Part shown: positions 1 through 12,100 of the stretch, piece by piece
Layout of the letters: the number at the start of each line of letters is the position of its first letter
Position numbering within the stretch: the first letter of the stretch is position 1
Assembly: GCA_051313645.2 (NCBI GenBank)
Contig: JBNRSN020000030.1
Coordinates: 33,170,001-33,234,000 of the forward strand
Source of the DNA: Centroscyllium fabricii
Lineage: Eukaryota
DNA: 64,000 nt
Reading direction: 5' to 3'
Translations under genes and position numbers: made by a program
Notes under the pieces: model-generated
The model's database searches: none
What the model was told of the DNA's origin: nothing
The model's input: the letters and a program-made list of their open reading frames with translations, nothing else

Positions 1-494
1 GGTTCTGTTAAAGAATTTTTCTGACTCTAGGACAACAGGTAATTCAAGAATATTGTGAAAGATTTCAATACAAACTTAAACAGCAATGACAGCAGGTTAT
101 TTTAAAATAAAAATATTTTTAATTTGCTAAGTAATATTAACCATACGTTTGTCAAATGAAAGCGCTGATGATGATCGTTATAACACGAAAACGAATGTGG
201 AACCAAAAAAAGGGTCAAACGATACAGTCTGTCCCTTTGTGACTGCACCCTTTGATCTCAGGCTGGCTGATATGTTGGAACCCCTTTCATTGCTTTGATG
301 TCCCTCAGCTGAGGTGTGATGTGAAACAACTGGAGAGACCACATTGTTATCTCTCTCTATATATGCTATTTTTAATGAAGCACTCAAAATATGTTAATAA
401 GCCTTTGTGTGTCTATCTCTACTGAGGTGAGATGTAGGAGATATCGAATTTCTCCCATCATCACATATGTGCGTTATTTAAGTCACTCTCTCTT

Positions 495-582
495 TCACCT
501 TGACGAAGGGGCAAAAGCTCCGAAAGCTTGTGATTTAAAATAAAACTGTTGGACTATAATCTGGTGTTGTGTGACTTCTTGC
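495..582 (+). mobile_element. Penelope-like retroelement 3' end fragment with a degenerate minimal hammerhead ribozyme
   Basis: TTCAC-CTTGACGA-AGGGGC-AAAA-GCTCC-GAAA-GCTT-GTGA followed by AAATAAAACTGTTGGACTATAATCTGGTGTTGTGTGAC. This matches the recalled shark Penelope terminus, and the hammerhead core plus stem II are visible in the sequence. Confidence 0.7.
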
Positions 583-1654
583 ATTAGAAAATATAAGGAA
601 AGGTAAGCATTGGCACTAAGCGGAAGCCGGATTATTACAGACAAAAAAGGATATAAAACGCCTTGCTAAATGGTAAGCTAACCCATCGGGAATATATTTT
701 TAAAAGTTGGACGTTTTGGCACATGCACTCGGTCACTCAGCTTCTGAAATATTTATTTCATCCGATATAGGGATGGGGCAGGCTGTTGTTAACTTTGGAG
801 AAGGACAGGGAGAGAGAGACAGTGAGAGAGGGAGGGAGAGAGAGAGTGCGATGGATTTCCCTTAGCAACAGCTGATGTTTGCAACCAATCGGCCTTGGAT
901 ATTTTACCACAGCAAGGCCGGGATGTTTCCAACGTTGTTGATATATACTGAAGAAAATGCAGACTTGTCTCTCTGGCGTTTGCAGTAACCGATATTAGGC
1001 AACAACTCCTCCAGTCTGATAACAAACCGGTTTATAAATATATGCTGTGTCCTTTGGTCATGCAGTATTTGAAGGACCATGTCTAGGCACACGTGCTCTG
1101 TTGTGAAAATGCTCCACTTGTACATTATGTTTAAACTTAATTTAAAGAATAGAATGATTATAACCGGACAACTGAATTCGTCATTACTGATGTGGACAAA
1201 CAGAACTTCGTTGAAGTCAATAACTCTTCTGTCACGCTACTTTGACTTCTTTATCCTGAGGCGTCAACAAATCAAACAGCCGTCTGTGATATTCTGGAAT
1301 AAACGGTCGATGGCAGAAGACACACGGCAAATAGATCGCAAAGCTGTCCTAGAAGCAGGCTGGGGCAGTCACTTGATGGAGCCTATTTTATGTTAATCAG
1401 CACTGTGTCGTTCATCCGAGATGTTAATACCGAGAAAGGAAACATCAGGTGATTCCAATTCCCACGTGATCCCAGGGGACGCATCGAGCTAACTGCGCCC
1501 CTGGGATATGCAAGCACTGCGCGCCAAGTTGGAGGAGAACCAAATTGGAATGCCATTTCATGCCAGCCCACAGCTCAACGGCCGATGCGCAACGTAATTG
1601 CATTGCAGAGGTTTACACCCGCGGGAACCCTGTGATCCGAATTTATGGGCCATT

Positions 1655-2021
1655 GAAACATAAAAAATTATGAATTGCTTGACAGATTGATGCTGGGAGT
1701 ATGTTTCACTTGGCTGGCGAGTCTAGAACCAGGGGTCACATAATCATTATAAGGGGTCGGTCATTTTGGACTGTGCTGAGGAGATTTGTCTTCACTCACA
1801 CGAATGTGAATCTTTGGAATTTGCTTACAAGAGGGCTGTGGATGCTCAGATATTCAGCAAATTAAGATTGGGATAGATAAATTTTGGGCACAAAGTAAAA
1901 TTAGATAAATGGCGATAGGGCGGGGACCTGGAGTTGATATAAACGTTCAACAGTGGTCTTATTGGATTTCAGTGCAGGATCTAGGGGCCGTCTGGACTGC
2001 TGCTCATATTCCTTATGTTCT
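1655..2021 (+). mobile_element. HER1/CR1-type LINE 3' fragment, decayed
   Basis: GAGTCTAGAACCAGGGGTCAC, GTGAATCTTTGGAAT and a terminal GGGCCG...CCTTATGTTCT, homologous to other HER1 3' ends in the window. Confidence 0.75.
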
Positions 2022-2029
2022 GATAAGAG

Positions 2030-2220
2030 GAAGAGAGAGAACGTGAGACAAGGAAATTTGAAAGACAGAGGGACTGAGATGAAAAATGGGAGAGACAGTG
2101 GAACAGACGTGATAGAGCGAGATACAGAGGGACAAAAATTAAGAGAGAGAGAGAGAGACCGAGAGAGAGACCGAGAGAAATGAGATATAGGGTCAGACGT
2201 GGTACAGGAGAAAGAGAATA
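2030..2220. repeat. GA-rich low-complexity / (GA)n tract
   Basis: Direct GAGAGA runs. A shorter (GA)n tract lies at about 807-846. Confidence 0.8.
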
Positions 2221-3559
2221 GCAGGGACAGATATGTGATCGAAATCCACCCTCACGAACCAACCCCCACAATCAATTCACCCCGTGGCTGGATTCGCCTG
2301 AATCCCCCTGGGAAGCGGAGAGAAAGGAAATTGGGATGAGATGGACGGAGGTAACGGAAGGGGAGCGAGAGATCTGGAATGAGTGCGTCCCATGTCGATA
2401 CCGTGTTCCTTCCAACCCCAGTGTAGGTGTTTGGTCTGAGCTGTGGTTCCAGTCGATGTCCTTCACTGGGGCCTGTTCTTTGCCCCCGAGAGCTGCGTTA
2501 GTGGCTGCACTGAGTTTTTACGGCGGGGGGGGGGGGGGGATGCGATCATTGTTTGTAAGATTTTAAAAGATCAATAATGCTTAGGACACGGAGTTAGAGA
2601 GCATCGGAAGATTTTCAAATCAGGTTAAACAAGTCAGTGGGAATATGTTACGTCCCAGTACAGAGGGCACCTGATTTTCCTGGACAAGTCATATAAGATC
2701 ACCCATGGGAATCCTTGGTAATCATTGCTCTGAACGGGACCCCAGCCAAGCGATGGAGCAGGTTACGATATTGAGGCCAACCTTGACAATGACTCAGGGA
2801 AGAAGATCCAACCTGCAATCTACAAGCTGCTCACCTGGAGGACGGAGACTGCGTCCACTCTCCTAATCCTCCACTTTCTACCCAGGAAGGGGACACTGTG
2901 CCCTCAGTCTCTGATGCTCAATATCTGCTTATGATTATTCTGTCTCTCTCAGCTTTTCATTCTGTGTCGTCTTGAGATTCTTTGTTCCTTATATATCTGG
3001 CATGTGTTTGTACATGGCGTTTTGAAGATATTAGCCATGTTACCGACGGGGAGTGAGGGATCTAGTATCTTGCAGTTGTTTTTAAACACTTTGCTTTATT
3101 TAAGTAATTTTTTGCCACATTGCAGGGAATTTTCATGTTGCTGAAATGCTGCTATTACACGTGGCAGAGAAAGATGAATTTATGGACGACGAATCACTGG
3201 ATAAGAAATGTTCTTCCTTCTTAGACTAGCCGAGGCCTTCGCAACAGCCAACGGGCCCACCTGATTTTTGTTTCTTTGTTAATCCAGGCCCTAATTTTCT
3301 CTTTCGAGCCTGGTTTCGTGGCTTCTGTTAATATGTTCACGTTAAACTATAATGTTATTTAGCTACTGATAAAATCCCTGGATTTTGTGCTGGGTATGAC
3401 GGTGTATGCGACAGCGTAAGCGGACCACAGAATTGAAAAAAATAATGCTTTTCTTAATTAAAAGTTATCTATGACAATTAAAATCTTTAATTAGTAGAAA
3501 TCCTAGCATTTGTTCAACTGGCAAATTTTTTATATAAATATAATATATATTAAATAACT

Positions 3560-3802
3560 GTCTGCACAGTGCGCAGAAGAGCATTACTTTAACTGAATGA
3601 ATGAATGTCAGCGTTCTGATTGGATGACCAGGCACAGGAGATCGCAGGTACGCTTCTGCACAGGCTGAGTCCCTGCGATCCGCGGGTCATTGCGCTCCCC
3701 TCCTACTCACAAATTCAGAGCGCAAGTTTAAGTAGGAGGCCCGCCATCAGGTAGGTGCCTATTCTTTTCGAGAGGTACACCGCCCACGACAATTTGTAGC
3801 CC
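3560..3802. mobile_element. Possible right end of a Harbinger-like MITE
   Basis: Ends in CAATTTGTAGCCC, resembling the (G)AATTTCTGGCCC termini of the MITEs at 29964, 30987 and 58163. The left end was not found. A similar orphan end, GAATTTATGGGCC, stops at 1651. Confidence 0.35.
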
Positions 3803-4119
3803 AGAATAATTTTCGAGGACGCAGCAAAGATTGTGGGGGCTGGGGGCAGTTTCCGTGAGATCAAATTGCCTCCACGCCCACCTCTCACCGCAGGCCCTTG
3901 TGTTTGAAACAAGTTAAAATCTGAGTTTGAAGCAGCACGGTCTGCAACGTTGCACAAACAGGGTAAACGGCACTTGACACACAGGAGACGAGAGGTCATT
4001 GAACTCGTCGAATACGTCACCGCGTGTAAAGGCTCTGCTTTGGTTTCAAAATAAAGCTTGTGTTGCTGGGCAGTTTGCCTACTGGAGGGAAGAGGGGGGA
4101 CATTTTCTGCCTTAGTCTG

Positions 4120-4160
4120 TGTCGCCATTTTGTTCTGCGTCACTTACTGGAACATCCGGG
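4120..4160 (-). promoter_or_regulatory. Candidate promoter motif cluster (YY1-, CRE- and ETS-like sites)
   Basis: CGCCATTTTG at 4123-4132, TGCGTCA at about 4136-4142 and ACATCCGG at 4152-4159, in a CpG-containing unique stretch. Motif evidence only. Confidence 0.3.
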
Positions 4161-5773
4161 TCTTGGAGAACAATTAGAGGAAAACGTAATCGAAATCATA
4201 AAACTGTAACAACACATTCAAGCAAGAAGGAGATCAGACCAGAGCTGTACCAAGCTGCCACATATTATTAAAACAGCACAGAGCCAAGAGTTACAGAAAC
4301 CGACTACACACTGTAAGAGACACAAACTGTGTACAGGACAAATATTTACAGAGTCCGACTACACACTGCGAGAGACATACACTTTGTAAAGGACAAGTAT
4401 TTAAAGAGTCCGACACCACACTGCGAGAGACACACAACGTATACAGGACAAATATTTACAGATTCCGACTCCTCACTGCGAGAGACATACACTGTATAAA
4501 GGAAAATATTTACAGAGGCTTCCTCCACACTGCGAGTAAACACATTGTATACAGGACAAATATTTACAGAGTCTGACTCCTCACTGCGAGAGACACACAC
4601 AGTATACCGGGATATATATTCAGAGTCTGACTCCACAATGCGAGAGAAACACATTGTATACAGGACAAATGTTTACAGAATCTGATTCCTCAATGCGAGA
4701 GAAACACATTGTATACAGGACAAGTGTTTAAAGAATCTGACTCCTCACTGCGAGAGACACATACTGTGTACAGGGATACATATTGACAGAGTCTGACTAC
4801 TCACTGAGGGAGACACACATTGCGTAAAGGGACACATTTCACAGCGTCTGACGCCACACTGCGAGAGACACAAACTGTTCACAGGGACAACAATTAACAG
4901 ATTCCGACTGCACACTGCGAGAGACACACTTTGTATACAGGGATACATATTTAATGATTCCGACTGCAAAATGCGAAATTCACACACTGTATACAGGGAC
5001 AAATATTTACAGATGCCGACTGCAAACTGCGAGAGAGACACATTGTATACAGGGATAAATATTTACAGATCCGGACTGCACACTGAGAGAGACAAACACT
5101 GTATACAGGGACATATATTTACAGATTCCGAATGAACACTGCGAGAGTCACACACTGTACTCATTGACACATGTTACAGAGTCTGACTCCTCACTGGGAG
5201 AGAAACACACTGTATACATGGACAAATGTTACAGGGTCCGACTGCTCACTGCGAGATACACACTCTGGACACTGTACAGGACAAATATTTACAGAGTCTG
5301 GCTCCTCACTACTAGAGACACACAGTGTGTACAGGACAAATATTTTCAGAGTCTGACTATACACTGCGAGAGACACACAGTGTGTACAGGACAAATATGT
5401 ACAGAGGGTGACACCACACTGCGAGAGACAGACACTGCATACAGGGCCAATCGTTACAGACTCCGACTCCTCACTGCGGGAGGCACACGCAGTATAAAGG
5501 GATACATATTCAGAGTCTGACAACTCATTGTGGGAGACACACAGTGTGTACAGGACAAATATGTACAGAGGGTGACACCACACTGCGAGAGACAGACACT
5601 GCATACAGGGCCAATCGTTACAGACTCCGACTCCTCACTGCGGGAGATACACACAGTATACAGGGATATATATTCAGAGGCTGACTCCTCACTGCGGGAG
5701 ACACACACAGTATACCGGGATACATATTCAGAGTCTCACTCCTCACTGCGAGAGACACACACTGTATACAGGA

Positions 5774-6168
5774 CATAGAAATATAGATACATAGAAACTA
5801 GGAGCAGGAGTAGGCCATTCGGCCCTTCGAGCCTGCTCCGCCATTCAATGAGATCATGGCTGATCATCCAAACCCAGCACCCTGTCCCTGCCCTCTCCCC
5901 AAATCTCTATCGAGCCTGCATCGACACATATCCAACCCTATCCCCACATATTCAATCACCCTAACACTAAGGGTCAATTTATCATGGCCAATCAACCTAA
6001 CCCGCACATCTTTGGACTGTGGGAGGAAACCGGAGCACCCGGAGGAAACCCACGCAGACACGGGGAGAATGTGCAAACTCCACACAGATAGTACCCGAGG
6101 CCGGATTTGAACCCGGGTCTCCAGTGCTGTGAGACACCAATGCTAACCACTGTGCCACCGTGCCGCCC
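5774..6168 (-). mobile_element. HE1-type V-SINE inserted in the satellite
   Basis: tRNA-like head (A box TGGCACAGTGG, B box GGTTCAAATCC), V-domain GTGGAGTTTGCACATTCTCCCCGTGTCTGCGTGGGTTTCCTCCGGGTGCTCCGG, and a HER1-derived tail ending in (TTTCTATG)n. Confidence 0.92.
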
Positions 6169-9100
6169 AATTGTTGCAGAGTCTGACTCCTCACTGCGAG
6201 ACACACACACTGTATACAGAGCCAATTATTAAAGAGTCTGACTCCTCACTGCGAGACACACACACTCTGTACAGTGTCACATATTTACAGAATCTGACTC
6301 CACACTGCGAGCGAAACATAATTTATACAGGATAAATATTTACAGACTCTGACTCCTCACTGCGGGAGCCACCCACTGTATACAGAACAATTATTTACAG
6401 AGTTTGAATCAACACTGCGAGAGAAACACACTTTGTACAGAACATCTATTTAAAGAGTCTCACAACTCACTGCGAGAGACACTCACTGTATACAGGACAA
6501 ATATTTACGGAGTCTAACTCAACACTGCAAGAGACACACACTGTCTACAGGACAAATATTTACAGAGTCTTACTCAACACTGCAAGGGACACACACTATA
6601 TACAGGTCTAATATTTACAGGGTCCGACTCCTCACTGCGAGAGACAGACACTGTATACAGGACAAATATTTACAGAGGGTGACTCCAAAACGTTAGCGAC
6701 ACAAACTGCATACAGGGCCAATCGTTACAGAGTCCGACTCCTCACTGCGAGAGATACACACTTTATACAGGGACACCAATTTGCAGAGTCTGACTCCTCC
6801 CTGCGAGAGACACACACTTTATACAGGGACACATATTTGCAGAGTCTGACTCCTCCCTGCGAGAGACACACACACACTGTATACAGTGACAATTGTTACA
6901 GAGTCCGTCTCCTCACCGCGAGAGACACACACAGTATACAGGACAGATATTTACAGAGTCTGACTCCTCACTGCGAGAGACACACACTGTATACAGGTCA
7001 AATATTTACAGGATCCGACTCCTCACTGCGAGAGACCCACCCTGTATACAGGACAAATATTCACAGAGGGTGACTCCACATTGTTAGAGACACCCACTGT
7101 ATACAGGGCCAATCGTTACAGAGTCCGACTCCTCACTGCGAGAGACACACTGTATACAGGGAGACATATTCACAGAGCTGACTCCTCACTGCGAGATACA
7201 CACACTATGTATAGGGACACATATTTGCAGAGTCTGACTCCTCACTGCGAGAAACACACAAACTGTATACAGTGCCAATTGCTACAGAGTCTGACTCTTC
7301 ACCGCGTGAGAAACTCACTGTGTACACGGCCAATTTCTACAGAGTCTGACTCCTCACTGCGAGAGACACACACAGTGTATACAGGGACACATATTTACAG
7401 AGTCTGACTCCAGATTGCGAGAGACACACACTGTATACAGGACAGATATTTACAGAATCTGACTCCTCACTGCGAGAGACACACACTGTATACTGGACAG
7501 ATATTTACAGAGTCTGACTCCTCAATGCGAGAGACACACACTGTATACAGGGAAACATATTGACAGAGTCTGACTACTCCCTGCGAGAGACACAAACTGT
7601 ATACAGGGCCAAGTGTTACAGAGTCCGACTCCTGACTTCGAGAGACACACACTGTTCGCAGTGACAAATATTTACAGATTCCGACTCCACAATCCGAGAG
7701 ATACACTCTCTATACAGGGACAACTATTAACAGATTCCGACTGCACACTGCGAGAGACACACTTTGTATACAGCGATACATATTTACAGATTCCGACTGA
7801 AAAATGCGTGATCCACATACTGTATACAGGGACAAATATTTACAGATGCCGACTGCAAACTGCGAGAGACACACATTGTATACAGGGATGAATATTTACA
7901 GATCCGGTCTGCACACTTAGAGAGACATACACTGTATACAGGGACACATATTTAAAGAATCTGACTCCTCACTGCGAGGGACACATACTGTACACAGGGA
8001 CAAATATTTACAGATTCCGACTCCTCACTGCGAGAGACACACACTGTATACAGGGACACATATTTACAGGGTCCGACTCCTCAATGCGAGAGACACACAC
8101 TGTATACAGGGATACATATTGACAGAGTCTGACTCCTCCCTGCGAGAGACACAAACTGTATGCAGGGCCAAGTGTTACAGGTCCGACTCTTCATTTCGAG
8201 AGACACACACTGTTCACACGGACAAATATTTACAGATTCCGACTCCACAATCTGAGAGACACACACTGTATACAGGGGCAACTATTAACAGATTCCGACT
8301 GCACACTGCGAGAGACACACTTTGTATACAGGGATAAATATTTACAGATTCCGACTGAAAAATGCGAGATTCACATACTGTATACAGGGACAAATATTTA
8401 CAGATGCCGACTGCAAACTGCGAGAGACACACATTGTATCCAGGGATAAATATTTACAGATCCGGACTGCACACTGAGAGGGACATACACTGTATACACG
8501 GACAAATATTTACAGATTCCGACTGCACACTGCGAGAGACACACACTGTACTCATTGACACTTGTTACACAGTCTGACATCTAACTGGGAGAGAAACACG
8601 CTGTCTACATGGCCAAGTGTTACAGAGTCCGACTCCACACTGCGAGATACACAAACTGGACACTGTACCGGGCAAATATTTACAGAGTCTGGCTCCTCAC
8701 TACGAGAGACACACACTGTATACAGGACAAATATTTTCAGAGTCTGACTACACACTGCGAGAGACACACATTGTGTACAGGACATTTATTTACAGGGTCC
8801 GACTCCTCACTGCGAGAGACACACACTGTATACTGGACAAATATGTACAGAGGGTGACTGCACACTTCGAGAGACACCCACTTTATACAGGGCCTTTGGT
8901 TACAAACTCCGAATCCTCAATGCGAGAGACACACAGAGTTTACAGGGCTATATATTCAGAGTCTGACTCCTCACCGCGAGAGACACACACTGCATACAGG
9001 ACAATTATCTACAGCGTCTGTCACAACACTGGGAGAGACACACACTGTGTACAGGGACACATATCACAGAGTGTGACTCCACATTGCGAGAGACACACAC

Positions 9101-12100
9101 TGTATGCAGGGCCAAGTATTACAGATTCCGACTCCTCACTGCGAGAGGCGCACACTGTACAGAGCCAAATATTTACAGATACCGACACCTAACTGCGAGA
9201 TACACACAATGTACACAGGGATACATATTTACGGAGTCAGACTACTCACTGAGGGAGACACACACTGCATACAGGGACACATATTCACAGCGTCTGACGC
9301 CACACTGCGAGAGACACAAACTGTTCACAGGGACAACTATTAACAGAATCCGACTGCACACTGTGAGAGACACACTTTGTATACAGGGATACATATTTAC
9401 TGATTCCGACTGCAAAATGCGAAATTTACACACTTTATACAGGGACAAATATTTACAGATCCGGACTGCACACTGAGAGAGACAAACACTGTATACAGGG
9501 ACATATATTTACAGATTCCGAATGAACACTGCGAGATTCACACACTGTACTCATTGACACTTGTTACAGAGTCTGACTCCTCACTGGGAGAGAAACACAC
9601 TGTATACATGGACAAGTGTTACAGATTCCGACTGCTCACTGCGAGATACACACACTGGACGCTGTACAGGACAAATATTTTCAGAGTCTGACTACACACT
9701 GCGAGAGACACACAGTGTGTACAGGACAAATATGTACACAGGGTGACACCACACTGCGAGAGACAGACACTGTGTACAGGGACAATCATTACAGACTCGG
9801 ACTACTCACTGCGGGAGACGCACACAGTATACAGGGATATATATTCAGAGTCTGACTCCTCACTGCGAGAGACACACACTTTATACAGGACCAATTGTTA
9901 CAGAGTCTGACTCCTCACTGCGAGACACACACACACTGTATACAGAGCCAATTGTTTCAGAGTATGACTCCTCACTGCGAGACACACACACTCTGTACAG
10001 GGTCACATATTTGCAGAGTCTAACTCCACACTGCGAGCGACACACAGTGTATACAGGATAAATATTTACAGACTCTGACTTATCACTGCGGGAGCCACCC
10101 ACTGTATACAGAACAATTATTTACAGAGTCTGAATCAACACTGCGAGAGAAACACACTTTGTACAGAACATCTATTTAAAGAGTCTCACACCTCACTGCG
10201 AGAGACACTCACTGTATACAGGACAAATATTTACAGAGTCTAACTCAACACTGCAAGGGACACACACTATATACAGGACAAATATTTACAGGGTCCGACT
10301 CCTCACTGCGAGAGACACACACTGTATACAGGACAAATATTTACAGAGGGTGACTCCAAAGCGTTAGCGACACAAACTGCATACAGGCCAATCGTTACAG
10401 AGTCTGACTCCTCAATGCGAGAGACACACACTTTAAACAGGGACACATGTTTGCAGAGTCTGACTCCTCCCTGCGAGAGACACGCACCCTGTATACAGTG
10501 ACAATTGTTACAGAGTCCGACTCCTCACTGCCAGAGACACACACTGTATGCAGGACAAATATTCACAGAGGGTGACTCCACATTGTTAAAGACACCCACT
10601 CAATACAGAGCCAATCGTTACAGAGTCCGACTCCTCACTGCGAGAGACACACTGTATACAGGGAGACATATTCACAGAGGGTGACTCCTCATTGCGAGAG
10701 ACACACACTATGTTCAGGGACACATATTTGCAGAGTCTGACTCCTCACTGCGAAAAACACACAAACTGTACACAGTGCCAATTGTTACAGAGTCCGAATC
10801 TTCACTGCGACAGAAACTCACTGTGTACAGGGCCAATTTCTACAGAGTCTGACATCTCACTGCGAGAGACACACACTGTAAACAGGGATACATATTTACA
10901 GAGTCTAACACCTCACTGCAGGAGTCGCACACTGTGTACAGGGCGAGGTGTTACAGAGTCCTACTCCTCACTGCGAGAACCACACACTGTACACAGGGAC
11001 TCAAATTTACAGATTCCGACTACACACTGCGAGAGATACATACTGTATACAGGGACAACTATTTACAGATTACGAATGCACACTGCGAGTGATACACAAT
11101 GTATAGAGGGAAACATATTTGCAGATGCCGACTGCACACTGCGAGAGACACACACTGTATATATGGACAAATGCTTACAGATTCCGTCTGCACACTGCGA
11201 GAGACACACACTGTATACAGGTACAACTTGGTAAAGATTCCGACTGCACACTGCGAGAGAAACACACTGTATACAGGGAGAGATATTTACAGATTCCGAC
11301 TGCACACTGCGAGAGACACACATTGTATACAGTGCCAATTGTTACAGAGTCCGACTCCACACTGCGAGAGGCACACACTCTATACAGGGACACATATTCC
11401 AGAGTAGGACTCCTCACTGCGAGAGACACACACTGTACACAGGACACATATTTACAGTGTCTGACTCCACACTGCGAGAGACACATATTGTATACAGCAC
11501 AAATATTTGCAGAGTCTGACTCCACACTGCAAGCGACACACACTGTATACAGGATAAATATTTACAGATTCTGACTCCACACTGCGAGAGACACATATTG
11601 TATACAGCACAAATATTTGCAGAATCTGACTCCACACTGCGAGCGACACATACTGTATACAGGATAAATATTCACAGATTCTGACTCCTCACTGCGAGAA
11701 CCACACACTGTATACAGAAAAAATATTTACAGAGTCTGACTCCACACTGCGAGATAAACACACTTTGTACAGAACTACTATTTAAAGAGCATCACTCTTC
11801 ACTTTGAGAGACACTCACTGTATACAGGACAAAAATTTACAGAGCCTGACATAAAACTGCGAGAGATACAAACTGTGTACAAGGACACATAATTACATAG
11901 TCTGACTCCACACTGCGAGAGAAAAATAATGTATACAGGACAAATATTTACAGGGTCTGAATCCTCACTGCGAGAGACACACACTGTATAAAGGGCGAAA
12001 TGTTCCGGAGTCCGACTCCTCACTGCGATAGACACACACTGCATACACGGCCAAGTGTCACAGCGTCCGACTCCTCATTGCGAGGGACACACACTGTATA

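Noticed and set aside
789-1571. Short ORFs, including an NNSSVTL string reminiscent of an Ig V domain
   Set aside because: In-frame stops and no conserved Cys/Trp/YYC pattern.
3715-4143. 142-aa minus-strand ORF with AAAATGGCG start context
   Set aside because: No recognisable domain, and its 3' part runs into MITE-like sequence.
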